A DNA stretch of 64,000 nucleotides from Dehalococcoidia bacterium (GCA_030615765.1 JAUWYP010000004.1:15862-79861), one strand, 5' to 3'. Counted from the first letter of the stretch, positions 19,891 through 30,853 are shown. A program made the numbers and translations. The notes: generated by a model not told the origin, from the sequence alone.

Positions 19891-20832
19891 ATGTTGAGAC
19901 CCAACCGGCACACCTTGCTCATCGGCACGCGCGGCAGCCGACTGGCCAGAATACAGGCCGAAACAGTGCGAGAGATGCTCTCCTCCCTCCACCCAGAGAG
20001 GGCCTGGCTGCTGCGAGAAATACGAAGCGAGGGCGATGTCCAGCGGCGGGCCAGCCTGACCAGCATCGGCGGCCGCGGGGTCTTTGTGAAGGCGCTCGAG
20101 GATAAGCTGCTGGCCGGCGAGATCGATCTAGCCGTGCACAGCCTGAAGGACATGCCGACACGACTGGCAACAGGCCTGAAGATAGGGGCTGTCCTCCCCC
20201 GCCAGGACGCCAGAGACGCGCTGGTCTCGCGCGGCGGCCTAGCTCTGGACGATCTGCCGAAAGGCGCCGTTGTCGGAACCGGGAGCGTCCGCCGGCGTGC
20301 CCAGCTTCTGGCCTATCGTAGCGATCTGGTGATTCGGGATGTCCGAGGCAACGTCGACACCCGCCTGAGGAAGCTGAAGAACAGATCCTATGACGCCTTG
20401 ATTCTGGCTGCGGCGGCGCTCATACGTCTTCGCCGCACCTCGACCGTCAGCCAGTATCTGCCCCCGGCGCTCATGCTGCCCGCCGCCGGTCAGGGAGCCC
20501 TGGCAGTCGAGGTGAGACAGAGCGACGAAGAGGTGATGGAATTGGTCCGGCCGTTGAATCACCTCCCCACTGAGGCAGCCGTAAGTGCCGAGCGGGCCTT
20601 CCTCTCCGCTCTGGGCGGTGGCTGCGCTGTGCCCGTCGCCGCTCACGCGGCAGTAGCCGATGGGCGACTGGACCTCCAGGGCATGGTGGCGGACCTGGAC
20701 GGCGGGAAAGTGATCCGCGACAGCCTCAGCGGTTCCCCTGTCGAGGCCGAAGACATTGGCCAACGCCTAGCAGACAGGATCCTGAGCCAGGGCGCCGCCC
20801 AGATTCTGCGCGAGGCGACAAGTGTGCAGTAA
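19891..20832 (+). CDS. hemC: Hydroxymethylbilane synthase (porphobilinogen deaminase)
   Basis: GGAGGG SD. Motifs include IGTRGSRLARIQAE, AVHSLKDMP, RGNVDTRLRKL, and the C-terminal cofactor-Cys region LGGGCAVPVAAHA. Confidence 0.92.
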   Translation: MLRPNRHTLLIGTRGSRLARIQAETVREMLSSLHPERAWLLREIRSEGDVQRRASLTSIGGRGVFVKALEDKLLAGEIDLAVHSLKDMPTRLATGLKIGAVLPRQDARDALVSRGGLALDDLPKGAVVGTGSVRRRAQLLAYRSDLVIRDVRGNVDTRLRKLKNRSYDALILAAAALIRLRRTSTVSQYLPPALMLPAAGQGALAVEVRQSDEEVMELVRPLNHLPTEAAVSAERAFLSALGGGCAVPVAAHAAVADGRLDLQGMVADLDGGKVIRDSLSGSPVEAEDIGQRLADRILSQGAAQILREATSVQ

Positions 20833-22357
20833 GGGTCGGGTCTACCTGGTGGGAGCTGGCCCTGGCGACCCGGGGCTGATCACGGTGAAGGGCTTGGCCT
20901 GCCTCCAGAAGGCGTGTGTAATCATTTACGACCGTCTGGTCAGCCCGAGCCTGCTCAGGCAGGCCCCTCAGGGATGCGAGATGATCGACGTGGGGAAGAG
21001 CCCCCAGCGGCACACCCTCCCGCAGGAGACGATCAACGCCCTCCTGGTCGAAAAGGCCCTCGCCGGGAAGGTAGTGGTGCGCCTGAAGGGAGGCGACCCC
21101 TTCCTCTTCGGCCGCGGTGGCGAGGAGGCGGAAGCCCTGGCGGAGGCGGGTGTGCCCTTCGAGGTGGTGCCGGGCGTGACCAGCGCCATCGCTGCCCCGG
21201 CTTATGCCGGCATACCTGTCACCCATCGCCAACAGACTAGCGCTTTTGCCGTGGTCACCGGCCACGAGGACCCCACCAAGGCCGATTCCAGCCTCGACTG
21301 GCAGAAGCTGGCCACCGGCGTGGGCACTCTGGTCTGCCTTATGGGCGTCGCCAATCTGCCCCAGATCGTGGCCAAGCTGATCGAGCACGGGCGAGACCCC
21401 CGCACGCCGGTAGCCATCGTCCAGCAGGGAACGGAGGCACGCCAGAAGACAGTGACCAGCACCCTGGCCGATATCGTGGACAAAGCGCGAGAGGCCGATA
21501 TCAAGCCGCCAGCGGTAACGATCGTTGGCGAGGTGGTGGCTCTGCGGCAGAAGCTGCGCTGGTTCGACACGAAGCCCCTCTTCGGCAAGCGGGTCTTGGT
21601 TACCCGCTCGCGGGAGCAAGCGAGCGTCCTCTCCGAACGATTGCGAGAGCTGGGGGCGGAACCGGTGGAGTACCCGGCCATCGAGATCGCCCCGCCCAAG
21701 GATATAGCCCCCCTGGATGAGGCCATCGCCAGGCTCTCCACCTACGACTGGCTGATCTTCACCAGCGCCAATGGTGTGAGCGCCCTTGTGGACAGAATGA
21801 GCGAAAAGGGAACGGATATCCAGACTCTAGGGAAACCGAAAATCGCTGCCATCGGCCCGGCCACCGCCCAGGCCCTCGCGGGGTATGGCCTCCGGGTCGA
21901 TTACGTGCCCGAGGTCTATACGACCGAGGATATCGCCGGCGGGATCGGCGATGCCGCACGGAAGCGCGTCCTTCTTCCTCGCGCTGAGCGGGCGCCGAAG
22001 CAACTGGCGCAGGCTTTGCGAGACAAGGGGGCAGTGGTCGATGAGGTCGTCGCCTACCGAACGCTGGCCGTCGACGCAGCGGACGAGCTGAAAGCCCTGC
22101 TGAGGGAGGGACAGATCGATATCGTCACCTTCACCAGCTCGTCCACAGTGCGCAACCTGGTGGCTGGTCTGCAGGGCCAGGAACCCGCCCACGCTCTGGG
22201 GCGCTGCCTGGTCGCCTGCATCGGACCGGTCACCGCCAGGACAGCGAAGGGACTGGGCGTCCGAGTGGACGTGGTGGCCAGGGAGCACACCATCGCCGGG
22301 CTAGCGGAGGCTATTGTCACTGCTATTGCTGAAAGAGAGCGAGATGATGAGCGCTAG
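20822..22357 (+). CDS. Uroporphyrinogen-III C-methyltransferase / uroporphyrinogen-III synthase fusion (CobA-HemD)
   Basis: The N-terminal half carries [18 protein letters not shown] and [13 protein letters not shown] (SUMT). The C-terminal ~250 aa are HemD-like ([12 protein letters not shown], two repeated halves). The start overlaps the hemC stop by 11 nt. Confidence 0.9.
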   Translation: MCSKGRVYLVGAGPGDPGLITVKGLACLQKACVIIYDRLVSPSLLRQAPQGCEMIDVGKSPQRHTLPQETINALLVEKALAGKVVVRLKGGDPFLFGRGGEEAEALAEAGVPFEVVPGVTSAIAAPAYAGIPVTHRQQTSAFAVVTGHEDPTKADSSLDWQKLATGVGTLVCLMGVANLPQIVAKLIEHGRDPRTPVAIVQQGTEARQKTVTSTLADIVDKAREADIKPPAVTIVGEVVALRQKLRWFDTKPLFGKRVLVTRSREQASVLSERLRELGAEPVEYPAIEIAPPKDIAPLDEAIARLSTYDWLIFTSANGVSALVDRMSEKGTDIQTLGKPKIAAIGPATAQALAGYGLRVDYVPEVYTTEDIAGGIGDAARKRVLLPRAERAPKQLAQALRDKGAVVDEVVAYRTLAVDAADELKALLREGQIDIVTFTSSSTVRNLVAGLQGQEPAHALGRCLVACIGPVTARTAKGLGVRVDVVAREHTIAGLAEAIVTAIAERERDDER

Positions 22358-23387
22358 GCAAACTGTTGACAGGCTACGGCTTCGCAGGGAGACGAGCAAG
22401 GCCGAAGAGACAGCGGCTGCACTTCTCCACCGTCCTCGCCGCCTGCGGCGGCTCGACAGTATGCGCCGCCTGGTGCGCGAGACGCGCCTCTCCGCCGGTG
22501 ACCTCATCCATCCCCTCCTTGTCGTTCACGGCCAGGGGATCAGGGAGGAGATCGACTCCATGCCCGGCAGCTACCACTGGTCGCTTGACCTTCTCCCGGC
22601 CGAGGCGGAGGAGGTCGCCCGCCTGGGCATCCCAGGGGTGATCCTCTTCGGCATCCCCGCCGCCAAGGACGCCATCGGCAGCGAGAACTTCGACGACCAC
22701 GGCATCGTCCAGGAGGCGATCCGAACCATCAAGAAGGCCGTGCCGGAGCTGGTGGTGATCACCGACGTCTGCATGTGCCAGTACACCGACCACGGCCACT
22801 GCGGCATCGTCGAGGACGGCCGCGTGCTTAACGACGAGACGCTAGAGGTCCTGGCGCGGGTGGCGGTCTCCCACGCCGCCGCCGGGGCCGACGTGGTGGC
22901 CCCCAGCGGGATGATGGACGGCCAGGTAGCCGCCATTCGCTCAGCGCTGGATGCGACGGGCTTCAACCAGGTGGCCATCCTCTCCTACGCTGCCAAGTAC
23001 GCCTCCGCCTTCTACGGTCCCTTCCGCGAGGCGGCTGAGTCGACCCCCCAGTTCGGCGACCGCCAGGGCTATCAGATGGACCCGGCCAACGCCCGCGAGG
23101 CACTGCGAGAGGTGGCCCTGGACATCGAGGAAGGGGCGGACATGGTGATGGTTAAGCCCGCCCTGGCCTATCTGGACGTCATCCGCCAGGTGCGCGAGGC
23201 CTTCGACCACCCCCTGGCCGCCTTCAGCGTCAGCGGTGAGTACGCCATGGTCAAGGCGGCAGCCCAGCGCGGATGGATCGACGAAAAGCGGGTAACTCTC
23301 GAGCTTCTCACCGCCATCAAACGGGCGGGGGCAGATACGATCCTCACCTACTTCGCCAAGGATGCTGCCCGCTGGCTGAGTGAGTAG
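22344..23387 (+). CDS. hemB: Porphobilinogen synthase (5-aminolevulinate dehydratase)
   Basis: The track ORF is 22314..23387. I prefer the ATG at 22344, which overlaps the end of the previous gene. Motifs include RPRRLR, the metal-site region [14 protein letters not shown], the Schiff-base Lys region [12 protein letters not shown], and ILTYFA. Confidence 0.92.
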   Translation: MMSARQTVDRLRLRRETSKAEETAAALLHRPRRLRRLDSMRRLVRETRLSAGDLIHPLLVVHGQGIREEIDSMPGSYHWSLDLLPAEAEEVARLGIPGVILFGIPAAKDAIGSENFDDHGIVQEAIRTIKKAVPELVVITDVCMCQYTDHGHCGIVEDGRVLNDETLEVLARVAVSHAAAGADVVAPSGMMDGQVAAIRSALDATGFNQVAILSYAAKYASAFYGPFREAAESTPQFGDRQGYQMDPANAREALREVALDIEEGADMVMVKPALAYLDVIRQVREAFDHPLAAFSVSGEYAMVKAAAQRGWIDEKRVTLELLTAIKRAGADTILTYFAKDAARWLSE

Positions 23388-23394
23388 AGGGAAG

Positions 23395-24516
23395 ATGACG
23401 CTGGAATTCTTGCCCCGTCTCATCTTCTGGGAAACGACAGCAGGCTGCAACCTGCGCTGCACCCACTGTCGCCGCATGGACGTGGCCGACGAGCTCGTGC
23501 CGGAGGACCTGACCACCGCCGAGTCGAAACAGCTCATCGACCAGATCGTGGCTTTCTGCAATCCTATTCTTATCCTCTCCGGCGGCGAGCCTCTCATCCG
23601 GCCCGACATCTTCCAGATCGCCGAGCACGCCGTGGCCAGGGGATTGCGCGTCGCCCTGGCGACCAACGGCACCCTCATCGATGCCCCCATCGCCCAGCGC
23701 ATCGTGGATGCAGGCATTCGGCGGGTAGCGATCAGCCTGGACGGGGCCACCGCGGAGACCCACGACGCCTTCCGTGCTCTCCCGGGCTCCTTTGCTCAGG
23801 CCCTGGAGGGCATCCGCCACCTGCGGACACTGGGGATGAGCGTACAGGTCAACACCACCGTGGCCCGCCACAACATCGATGAGCTGCCCCAGATCCTGAA
23901 CCTGGCCCTCTCCCTGGGAGCCGATGCCCTCCACATCTTCCTCCTGGTACCGGTGGGCTGTGGGGTGGAGATCGCCGACGAGCAGATGATCTCCCCCGGC
24001 CAGTACGAGGAGGTGCTCAACTGGTTCTACGACAGGGATCAGGAAGGGCTGCTGGAGCTGAAGGCCACCTGCGCCCCGCATTACTTCCGCATCGTCCGTC
24101 AGCGAATGGCGACGGAGAAGCGGCAAGCCCCGCCCAGCCAGGAGCGTGAGCGACTCGCTGGAGCGACCGCCTCCAGCGACCTTCACGCCATGACCAAGGG
24201 ATGCCTGGCTGGAACAGGGGTCTGCTTCGTCTCCCACAAGGGCGAGGTCTTCCCCTGCGGCTACCTGCCGCTGCCAGCGGGGAGCGTGCGGGAGCAGCCG
24301 CTGCAACAGATCTGGGAAGGGGCAAAGATTTTCAGCGAATTGCGAGACCCCGAACTCCTACAGGGTAAGTGCGGCCGATGCGAGTTCAAGCGCATCTGCG
24401 GCGGCTGTCGGGCGAGAGCGTACGGCATGAGCGGCAACTATCTGGACGAGGAGCCCTTCTGCGTCTACGAGCCGCCGCCCTTGCCACAGGCAGCCCGCCT
24501 GAAAGAGAACATCTGA
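23395..24516 (+). CDS. NirJ-like radical SAM/SPASM enzyme of alternative heme pathway (tentatively AhbC type)
   Basis: I prefer the ATG at 23395 (MTLEFLPRLIFWETTAGCNLRCTHC) after GAGGGAAG. SGGEPL is present, and the full SPASM-like C-terminus reads CLAGTGVCFVSHKGEVFPCG ... CGRCEFKRICGGC ... C. The AhbC versus AhbD assignment is tentative. Confidence 0.8.
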   Translation: MTLEFLPRLIFWETTAGCNLRCTHCRRMDVADELVPEDLTTAESKQLIDQIVAFCNPILILSGGEPLIRPDIFQIAEHAVARGLRVALATNGTLIDAPIAQRIVDAGIRRVAISLDGATAETHDAFRALPGSFAQALEGIRHLRTLGMSVQVNTTVARHNIDELPQILNLALSLGADALHIFLLVPVGCGVEIADEQMISPGQYEEVLNWFYDRDQEGLLELKATCAPHYFRIVRQRMATEKRQAPPSQERERLAGATASSDLHAMTKGCLAGTGVCFVSHKGEVFPCGYLPLPAGSVREQPLQQIWEGAKIFSELRDPELLQGKCGRCEFKRICGGCRARAYGMSGNYLDEEPFCVYEPPPLPQAARLKENI

Positions 24517-25799
24517 TGCTCAGTGTCTCCCGACTGCTGACTGGCACGGTCACCCCCGGCGACCCCCTGCGCTACGGCCGCCTTACGTCCGAGGTGCCGG
24601 CTCACCTGCTCCACTATTCGCTCGACAAGAAGCCCATCGTGGTCTGGAACCTCACCCGGCGCTGCAACCTCTACTGCGCCCACTGCTACGCCGACGCCAC
24701 GGATAAGCCCCAACCGGGAGAGATGACCACGGCCGAGGGCAGGCGGCTGATCGACGACCTGGCCGACTTCGAAGTGCCCGTCCTCCTCTTCTCCGGCGGC
24801 GAGCCCCTCCTGCGGGAGGACCTGTTCGACCTGGCGGCCTACGCCGTGGGCAAGGGAATTCGCTGCGTCCTCTCTACTAACGGCACCCTGATCACCCCCG
24901 AGGTGGCAGAGCAGATCAAGGAAGCCGGCCCCTCGTACGTCGGGGTCAGCCTGGACGGCGTGGGGAGAGTGCACGACAAGATCCGGGGCAAGAAGGGGGC
25001 CTTCGATGAGGCCCTGCAGGGCATCCGCTACTGCCGGGATGCTGGCATCCCCGTCGGCCTGCGCTTCACTGTCCACGCAATGAACGCCGATGAACTGCCA
25101 GGCATATTCGACCTGGCGGAACAGGAGAATATCCCCCGCATCTGCGTCTACCACCTGGCCTACGCCGGGCGAGGGGACAAGATGCGCCGGTTCGACCTGG
25201 AGCCCCGCCAGACGCGGGCGGTGGTGGACTACATCTTCCAGCGGTCGCAGGACCTCCACGCGCGGGGCATCGAGAAGGATGTCCTCACCGTGGACAACCA
25301 CGCCGATAACGCCTATCTCTACATGCGGGTGCAGAAGGAGCAGCCCCAGCGGGCAGAGGAAGTCTATCGGATGCTGCGCTGGAACGGCGGCAACCAGTCT
25401 GGGATCGCCGTCTCCAGCGTCGATCCGCTGGGGCACCTGCACGTCGACCAGTTCTCCTGGCACTACTCCCTGGGGGACGTTCGAGAGCGCCCCTTCGCCG
25501 AAATCTGGAGCGATACCAGCGATCCGCTGATGCGGGTGTTGAAGGACCGCAAGCCCCACCTCAAGGGGCGATGCCGGGTCTGCAAATGGCTGGACGTCTG
25601 CAACGGTAACCTGCGGGTGCGGGCCGAGCGCTACTTCGGCGATTTCCTGGCTCCTGACCCCGCCTGCTACCTGACCGACGAAGAGATCGGCATTGCGCCG
25701 GGGACGGCGGCAGCCGAGGAGGCGGCCAGGTGGCCGGTGCCGGTGCACGATGAATCAGCGAGGTCGTCCCAATTGTTCACCACTCGCAGGAGGCGCTAA
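24516..25799 (+). CDS. NirJ-like radical SAM enzyme of alternative heme pathway (tentatively AhbD type, heme synthase)
   Basis: The ATG at 24516 overlaps the TGA of the previous gene (TGATG). The N-terminus is [21 protein letters not shown] ... [17 protein letters not shown], and the C-terminal motif is [10 protein letters not shown] followed about 21 residues later by C. The track's 5' extension (24369) is rejected. Confidence 0.8.
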   Translation: MLSVSRLLTGTVTPGDPLRYGRLTSEVPAHLLHYSLDKKPIVVWNLTRRCNLYCAHCYADATDKPQPGEMTTAEGRRLIDDLADFEVPVLLFSGGEPLLREDLFDLAAYAVGKGIRCVLSTNGTLITPEVAEQIKEAGPSYVGVSLDGVGRVHDKIRGKKGAFDEALQGIRYCRDAGIPVGLRFTVHAMNADELPGIFDLAEQENIPRICVYHLAYAGRGDKMRRFDLEPRQTRAVVDYIFQRSQDLHARGIEKDVLTVDNHADNAYLYMRVQKEQPQRAEEVYRMLRWNGGNQSGIAVSSVDPLGHLHVDQFSWHYSLGDVRERPFAEIWSDTSDPLMRVLKDRKPHLKGRCRVCKWLDVCNGNLRVRAERYFGDFLAPDPACYLTDEEIGIAPGTAAAEEAARWPVPVHDESARSSQLFTTRRRR

Positions 25800-25801
25800 C
25801 C

Positions 25802-28117
25802 ATGGCAAAGGCTGAAGAGGCGACCGCTCAGCAGCTAGACATCGTTGATCGCCGCCTGCTGGACCTCTTGCAGCGCGACTTCCCCCCAACGACGCGGCCC
25901 TTCGCGGCGATCGGCGAGAAGCTTGGGCTGCCCGAGGAAGAAGTCCTGGCGCGCGTGCGGCGCCTCAAGGGCCCCGATAAGGGACGACTCATCCGCCAGA
26001 TCAGCGCCATCTTCGACACGTCCGCTCTGGGTTACAAGAGCACCCTGGTCGCCATGCAGATCCCCTCACACGACATCGACCGGGTAGCGGCGGCGATCAA
26101 TCGCCATCCAGGGGTCAGCCACAACTACCAGCGTGACCACACCTGGAACCTGTGGTTCACCCTGGCCGTGCCCGCCGACGAGGACCTGGAGACCACTGTC
26201 AGGGCGCTGGTTGACGAGGCAGGTGGCTATCCTTATCGCCTATTTCCGGCGCTGCGCGTCTTCAAGATCGGCATGCAGTTGGACATGGAGGGTGCCGACA
26301 CCACTTCGCCTGTCGACAGCGCTCAAGGGAGCCGCCGCACACCTGCCCCCAGCCCCAACGCCCACGATAGGGCCTTCGTCCGCGAACTGCAGGAGGATAT
26401 CGAAATCGTGTCCCAGCCCTTCGCTGGCGTCGCCCAGCGCTTAGGGGTGAGCCAGGAGGAAGTCGTCGCCTGGCTGCAGCAGGCCAAGGCTGTGGGCTGG
26501 TTGCGTCGCTTCGCCGCCATTCTACGCCAGCAGCAGGCAGGTTATGTCGCCAACGGCATGGTCGCCTGGCGGGTGCCGGAGGACAGCATCGAGAGGGCGG
26601 CGACAGTCGCTACCTCCCTACCCCAGGTCAGCCACTGCTACCAGCGCCTCACCTATCCCGACTGGCCCTACAACCTCTTCACGATGATCCACGCCAAAAG
26701 CAAAGAGAACTGCCAGACCGTCGCTCGAAAGATCTCTCGAGAGACGGGTGTCAGCGACTACATCATCCTGTTCAGCACGAAGGAATACAAGAAGACGCGA
26801 CTGAAGTACTTTGCCCCAGCCCAGGAGGTCACGACAAGCAGATCGCAGAGCCTTCACACCGAGGCCCAAAGGTACATGCCCGGCGGCGTTAACAGCCCTG
26901 TCAGGGCTTTCCGTGCCGTGGGAGGAGAGCCGCTGTTCGTTGCCAGAGGGGAGGAGGCCTACATCTACGACGCGGACGGCCGGGGCTACATTGACTACGT
27001 CCTGTCCTGGGGTTCCCTGATCCTGGGGCACGCCCATCCACAGGTGGTAAGCGCTCTGAAAGACGCCGCGGGGCGAGGGATTAGCTATGGCGCCCCCACC
27101 GCGCTGGAGACCGAACTGGCCAAACGGGTGGTAGAGGCAGTGCCCTCCATCGAAATGGTGCGCTTTGTGAACTCGGGCACCGAGGCCACCATGAGCGCCC
27201 TGCGTCTGGCCCGCGCCTACACAGGGAGGAGCAAAATCATCAAGTTCGAGGGCTGCTACCACGGACATGCCGACTTACTCCTGGTTCGGGCGGGCTCGGG
27301 AGTGACCACCTTCGGCCTTCCTGATAGCGCCGGTGTGCCAGAGGGCGTCGCCCAGGACACTCTAGTAGCTCCCTACAACGACCTGCAGGCAGTCGACAGG
27401 TTGCTCAGCGAGAACCGCGGTGAGATCGCCGCCGTGATCGTCGAGCCGGTAGCGGGCAACATGGGCGTGATACCTCCCGAACCCGGCTTCCTAGAGGGCC
27501 TGCGAGACGTGACAAAGGCGGAGGGGGCGCTGCTCATTTTCGACGAGGTGATCACCGGCTTTCGTGTGGCCTATGGCGGAGCCCAAACCCTGTACGGCGT
27601 GATGCCCGACCTGACCTGTCTGGGCAAGGTCATCGGCGGCGGCCTTCCAGTTGGAGCCTACGGTGGCCGTAGGGAGATCATGGAGATGGTGGCACCTCTG
27701 GGCCCTGTGTATCAGGCGGGCACCCTCTCCGGTAACCCCCTGTCCATGACCGCTGGCATCGAGACCCTCCGAGTGCTCGCTCAGCCTGGGGCATACCAGC
27801 GCCTGGAGGAGAAGTCGGCGCGGCTGGCGGATGGCCTCCGCACGGCGGCCGAGGCTGCCAGGATCCCCGTCTTTCAGGCGCGCGTTGGCTCCATGTTCTG
27901 CACCTTTTTCGCCAACGAGAGCGTCGTGGACTATGCCTCAGCGAAGAGGTCCGATAGTAGCAAGTATGCTCTCTTCTTCCGGGCGATGCTAGAGAACGGT
28001 GTCTATCTGGCGCCCTCGCAGTTCGAGGCGGGATTCCTCTCGCTGGCCCACAGCGATCGAGACATCGACCGAACCGTCGAGGCGGCAGAGACGGCTCTCT
28101 CAACGCTCGGCGGCTAG
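25802..28117 (+). CDS. Triple fusion: siroheme decarboxylase AhbA-like + AhbB-like (Lrp/AsnC-type NirD/L/G/H modules) + glutamate-1-semialdehyde 2,1-aminomutase (HemL)
   Basis: One uninterrupted 771-aa frame with an AGGAGG SD before the ATG at 25802. Residues ~10-165 and ~185-340 are two NirD/AhbA-like modules ([10 protein letters not shown] ... [10 protein letters not shown]; [10 protein letters not shown] ... [10 protein letters not shown]). From about residue 345 it is HemL ([28 protein letters not shown], and PLP-Lys region [12 protein letters not shown]). Confidence 0.85.
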   Translation: MAKAEEATAQQLDIVDRRLLDLLQRDFPPTTRPFAAIGEKLGLPEEEVLARVRRLKGPDKGRLIRQISAIFDTSALGYKSTLVAMQIPSHDIDRVAAAINRHPGVSHNYQRDHTWNLWFTLAVPADEDLETTVRALVDEAGGYPYRLFPALRVFKIGMQLDMEGADTTSPVDSAQGSRRTPAPSPNAHDRAFVRELQEDIEIVSQPFAGVAQRLGVSQEEVVAWLQQAKAVGWLRRFAAILRQQQAGYVANGMVAWRVPEDSIERAATVATSLPQVSHCYQRLTYPDWPYNLFTMIHAKSKENCQTVARKISRETGVSDYIILFSTKEYKKTRLKYFAPAQEVTTSRSQSLHTEAQRYMPGGVNSPVRAFRAVGGEPLFVARGEEAYIYDADGRGYIDYVLSWGSLILGHAHPQVVSALKDAAGRGISYGAPTALETELAKRVVEAVPSIEMVRFVNSGTEATMSALRLARAYTGRSKIIKFEGCYHGHADLLLVRAGSGVTTFGLPDSAGVPEGVAQDTLVAPYNDLQAVDRLLSENRGEIAAVIVEPVAGNMGVIPPEPGFLEGLRDVTKAEGALLIFDEVITGFRVAYGGAQTLYGVMPDLTCLGKVIGGGLPVGAYGGRREIMEMVAPLGPVYQAGTLSGNPLSMTAGIETLRVLAQPGAYQRLEEKSARLADGLRTAAEAARIPVFQARVGSMFCTFFANESVVDYASAKRSDSSKYALFFRAMLENGVYLAPSQFEAGFLSLAHSDRDIDRTVEAAETALSTLGG

Positions 28118-28154
28118 CGATTCAATCGAGCTGTGCGGCTCTCCCCCCCATGAC

Positions 28155-28898
28155 CTATCGCACTACGAAGACCTGAGTCTTCCAGATCTGGGAGGGGGCG
28201 TTGCGCAAGGCCTCGTACCTGGGCTTCCCCACGTTCAGGACCCTGGCCGGGGTCTTGCCGGCAAGCCCCTGCAGGTATTCGCATCTCTTGAGGAAGGAGC
28301 GCAGGGTCCGCTTGTCACCGCCCAGGAAAACGTAGTCCAGCCGCTTCTCATAGTCAGCAAACTTGGTTGCTACAACCGAGCACGCTTTGTCAAATAGCTC
28401 CCGGGTCTGCTCTTCCCTTCTCCGTTCGAAGCGCCGCTGGGACTGACCGCCGGCCCTGTGCCTCCCCTTCACGAACCTGGTGCCGGTCTTGGATGTCAGG
28501 AGCCGGTCGCCTTCAAAGACACCGACCGAGTATCCTCCCAGCCTCAGAAGTACGACCCCCAGTAGGTATTTCTTGTCCAGCAGTGTCCGCAGATAAGAAG
28601 CATCCCAGGCCGGAAAGAACTGGTTCAGGTCTACGGGGAAAGGCGGCAAGAGCACATACTTTCGGTCATCGCTCCAGAATAGAACGAGGCCTGTCTCGGA
28701 CTCAGCAAGGCTGGCGGGAAGGCCTCTTATCTCTTGCAGCCACTTGCCACATGCATGGGCAACCGATTCTAGGTACGGGAATAAGTGGCCCGGCCTGACG
28801 TACAGGGCAACCCTCTCACCCTCCGGCTGCTCCAGTTCGGCCAGCCAACGCTCCAGCCTGCTCCGCGTCATGTAATAGCGTTCCGCAACCTCCACCAT
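28155..28898 (-). CDS. Vms1/ANKZF1-like VLRF1 release-factor domain protein (actinobacterial/chloroflexal acVLRF1 type)
   Basis: 247-aa ORF. TRFVKGRHRAGGQSQRRFERRREEQ matches the VLRF1 catalytic-loop pattern (GGxQS followed by a basic helix). It starts 35 nt downstream of the acs stop on the same strand. The exact start is uncertain, with an alternative ATG at 28871. Confidence 0.65.
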   Translation of the reverse strand: MVEVAERYYMTRSRLERWLAELEQPEGERVALYVRPGHLFPYLESVAHACGKWLQEIRGLPASLAESETGLVLFWSDDRKYVLLPPFPVDLNQFFPAWDASYLRTLLDKKYLLGVVLLRLGGYSVGVFEGDRLLTSKTGTRFVKGRHRAGGQSQRRFERRREEQTRELFDKACSVVATKFADYEKRLDYVFLGGDKRTLRSFLKRCEYLQGLAGKTPARVLNVGKPRYEALRNAPSQIWKTQVFVVR

Positions 28899-28933
28899 CT
28901 TCCCGACTTACCGCTTGCCAGCCTTATCCCTCC

Positions 28934-30853
28934 TCACACCGCCTTCTTCAGATCTTCGTACGCCGCCTTCGCCTCGTCGACGGATGCGCCGTCTTCCAGG
29001 GTGCTGACGTCGCCGATGTCTACCTCGCTTGCCACCGCCTTGAGCACCCGGCGCATGATCTTGCCGCTTCGGGTCTTGGGCAGTTTTGCCACAAAGAACA
29101 GCCTCTCGGGGGTGGCGACGGGCCCGACCACCTTCCGGATGTGCGCCACGAGTTCCTTACTCAAGTCGTCAGAGGCCTCATAACCGTTCCTCAAGATGAC
29201 GAACAGGACGATGGCTTCGCCCTTTATGGGGTCGGGTTTGCTCGCTGCACCACACTCGACGACGGCGGGATGGGAGATGACGGCGTTTTCCAGTTCGAGG
29301 GTACCCAGGCGATGTCCCGCCACCTTGATGACCTCGTCGGCCCTGCCGAGCAGCCAGAAGTAGCCTTCCTCGTCCTTCACAGCGTAGTCACCGGTGTGGT
29401 AGGAGCCTGGAAATCGCTCCCAGTAGGTCTGCTTGTACCTCTCGGGGTCCCCATGGAGGGTCAAGAACATTCCCGGCCAGGGCTTCCTGATCACCAGTAG
29501 CCCTTTCTCGCCAGGCGCGACAGCCTCGCCACTCTCGTTGACTACAGCGGCGTCGATGCCCGGCAGGGGGAAGCCCGCTGAGCCCGGCTTTAGGGCCAAT
29601 AGCTGTATTCCTGGGGCATGGGAGATCATGATCCCGCCCGTCTCCGTTTGCCACCAAGTATCCACGATCGGGCAGCGCTCCCCGCCGATGTGCTTGTAGT
29701 ACCAGAGCCAGGCTTCAGGGTTGATGGGTTCTCCCACCGTCCCCAGCAACTCCAGGCTGCTCAGGTCGTGCCTTGCTGGCTCCTCCTCCCCATGCTGCAT
29801 AAACATCCGTATGGCGGTAGGCGAGGTATAGAAGGTAGTGACCCCGTAGGTTTCGATAATGTTCCACCACCTGTCCAGGCTGGGATAGTCGGGAGACCCT
29901 TCATACAGGACAATGGCGGCTCCGTGGGACAGGGGAGCATAGACGATGGAGCTGTGGCCGGTGACCCAACCCACGTCTGCCGTGCACCAGTACACCGACT
30001 CCTCTTTGATGTCGAAGACCCACTGGTAGTTTGAGTGGTTGAACACCAGATAACCACCCGTGCTGTGGACGATCCCCTTGGGCTTTCCTGTGGTGCCGGA
30101 GGTGTACAGGATATACAGGGGGTGAGAGGACTCGACCGATACGGTCTCCACTGACGGGACGGCATCCTCGAGGAGGTGATGGTACCAGAAGTCCCTCCCC
30201 CTTTGCATGGGGACGGACTTGCCCACCCGGTTGACGACCACCGCCTTCTCCACACAGGGCGAGAGGGCTAGCGCCTCGTCGGCTATTTCCTTGAGGGGTA
30301 TCACGTTGCCTCTTCGGAAACCCCCATCGGCAGTAACCAAAAGCTTGGCCCCGATGTCATTCATCCTATCGGCCAGAGACTGGGCACTGAATCCCGAGAA
30401 GATGACTGTGTGGGTAACCCCAATTCTCCCGCAGGCCAGCATGAAGATAGGCAGCTCCGGGATCATCGGCAGATACAAGGCTGCCGTGTCGCCTTTCCTC
30501 AGCCCCAGGTTCTTCAACACCGAGGCACACCTGTTGATCTCCCCGTAGAGCGTCGAGTAGCTCAGAACACGGGTATCACCGGGCTCTCCCTCCCAGTAAA
30601 TGGCCACCTTGCTTTTTCTCCACGTCTTGACGTGCCGGTCAACGCACTGGTGGCAGGCATTGAGCTGGCCGCCGACAAACCATCGAGCGAACGGTGGCTT
30701 CCATTCCAGCACCTTGTCCCAGGTCTTAAACCAGTCCAGCTTGCGGGCCTCTTCCGCCCAGAACTCTTCAGGATGCCGAAGAGACCTATCGTACAGCTCG
30801 AAATACCTCTTCCGCGCCCAGTACCCGGGCTGTGAAACCATGGCATCAGTCAT
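28934..30853 (-). CDS. acs: Acetyl-CoA synthetase (AMP-forming)
   Basis: 639-aa ORF. Motifs include FWAEEARKLDWFK, YTSGTTGKPKG, WWQTETGG, YHTGDYA, and PKTRSGKIMRR. Confidence 0.92.
   Translation of the reverse strand: MTDAMVSQPGYWARKRYFELYDRSLRHPEEFWAEEARKLDWFKTWDKVLEWKPPFARWFVGGQLNACHQCVDRHVKTWRKSKVAIYWEGEPGDTRVLSYSTLYGEINRCASVLKNLGLRKGDTAALYLPMIPELPIFMLACGRIGVTHTVIFSGFSAQSLADRMNDIGAKLLVTADGGFRRGNVIPLKEIADEALALSPCVEKAVVVNRVGKSVPMQRGRDFWYHHLLEDAVPSVETVSVESSHPLYILYTSGTTGKPKGIVHSTGGYLVFNHSNYQWVFDIKEESVYWCTADVGWVTGHSSIVYAPLSHGAAIVLYEGSPDYPSLDRWWNIIETYGVTTFYTSPTAIRMFMQHGEEEPARHDLSSLELLGTVGEPINPEAWLWYYKHIGGERCPIVDTWWQTETGGIMISHAPGIQLLALKPGSAGFPLPGIDAAVVNESGEAVAPGEKGLLVIRKPWPGMFLTLHGDPERYKQTYWERFPGSYHTGDYAVKDEEGYFWLLGRADEVIKVAGHRLGTLELENAVISHPAVVECGAASKPDPIKGEAIVLFVILRNGYEASDDLSKELVAHIRKVVGPVATPERLFFVAKLPKTRSGKIMRRVLKAVASEVDIGDVSTLEDGASVDEAKAAYEDLKKAV

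Noticed and set aside
26822-26880. A possible independent HemL start behind an AGGAGG inside the fusion ORF.
   Set aside because: No ATG, GTG or TTG occurs in frame between the AGGAGG and the conserved YMPGGVNSP motif. The only ATG is the Met inside that motif, which would truncate HemL. The gene is treated as a true fusion pending read-level verification.
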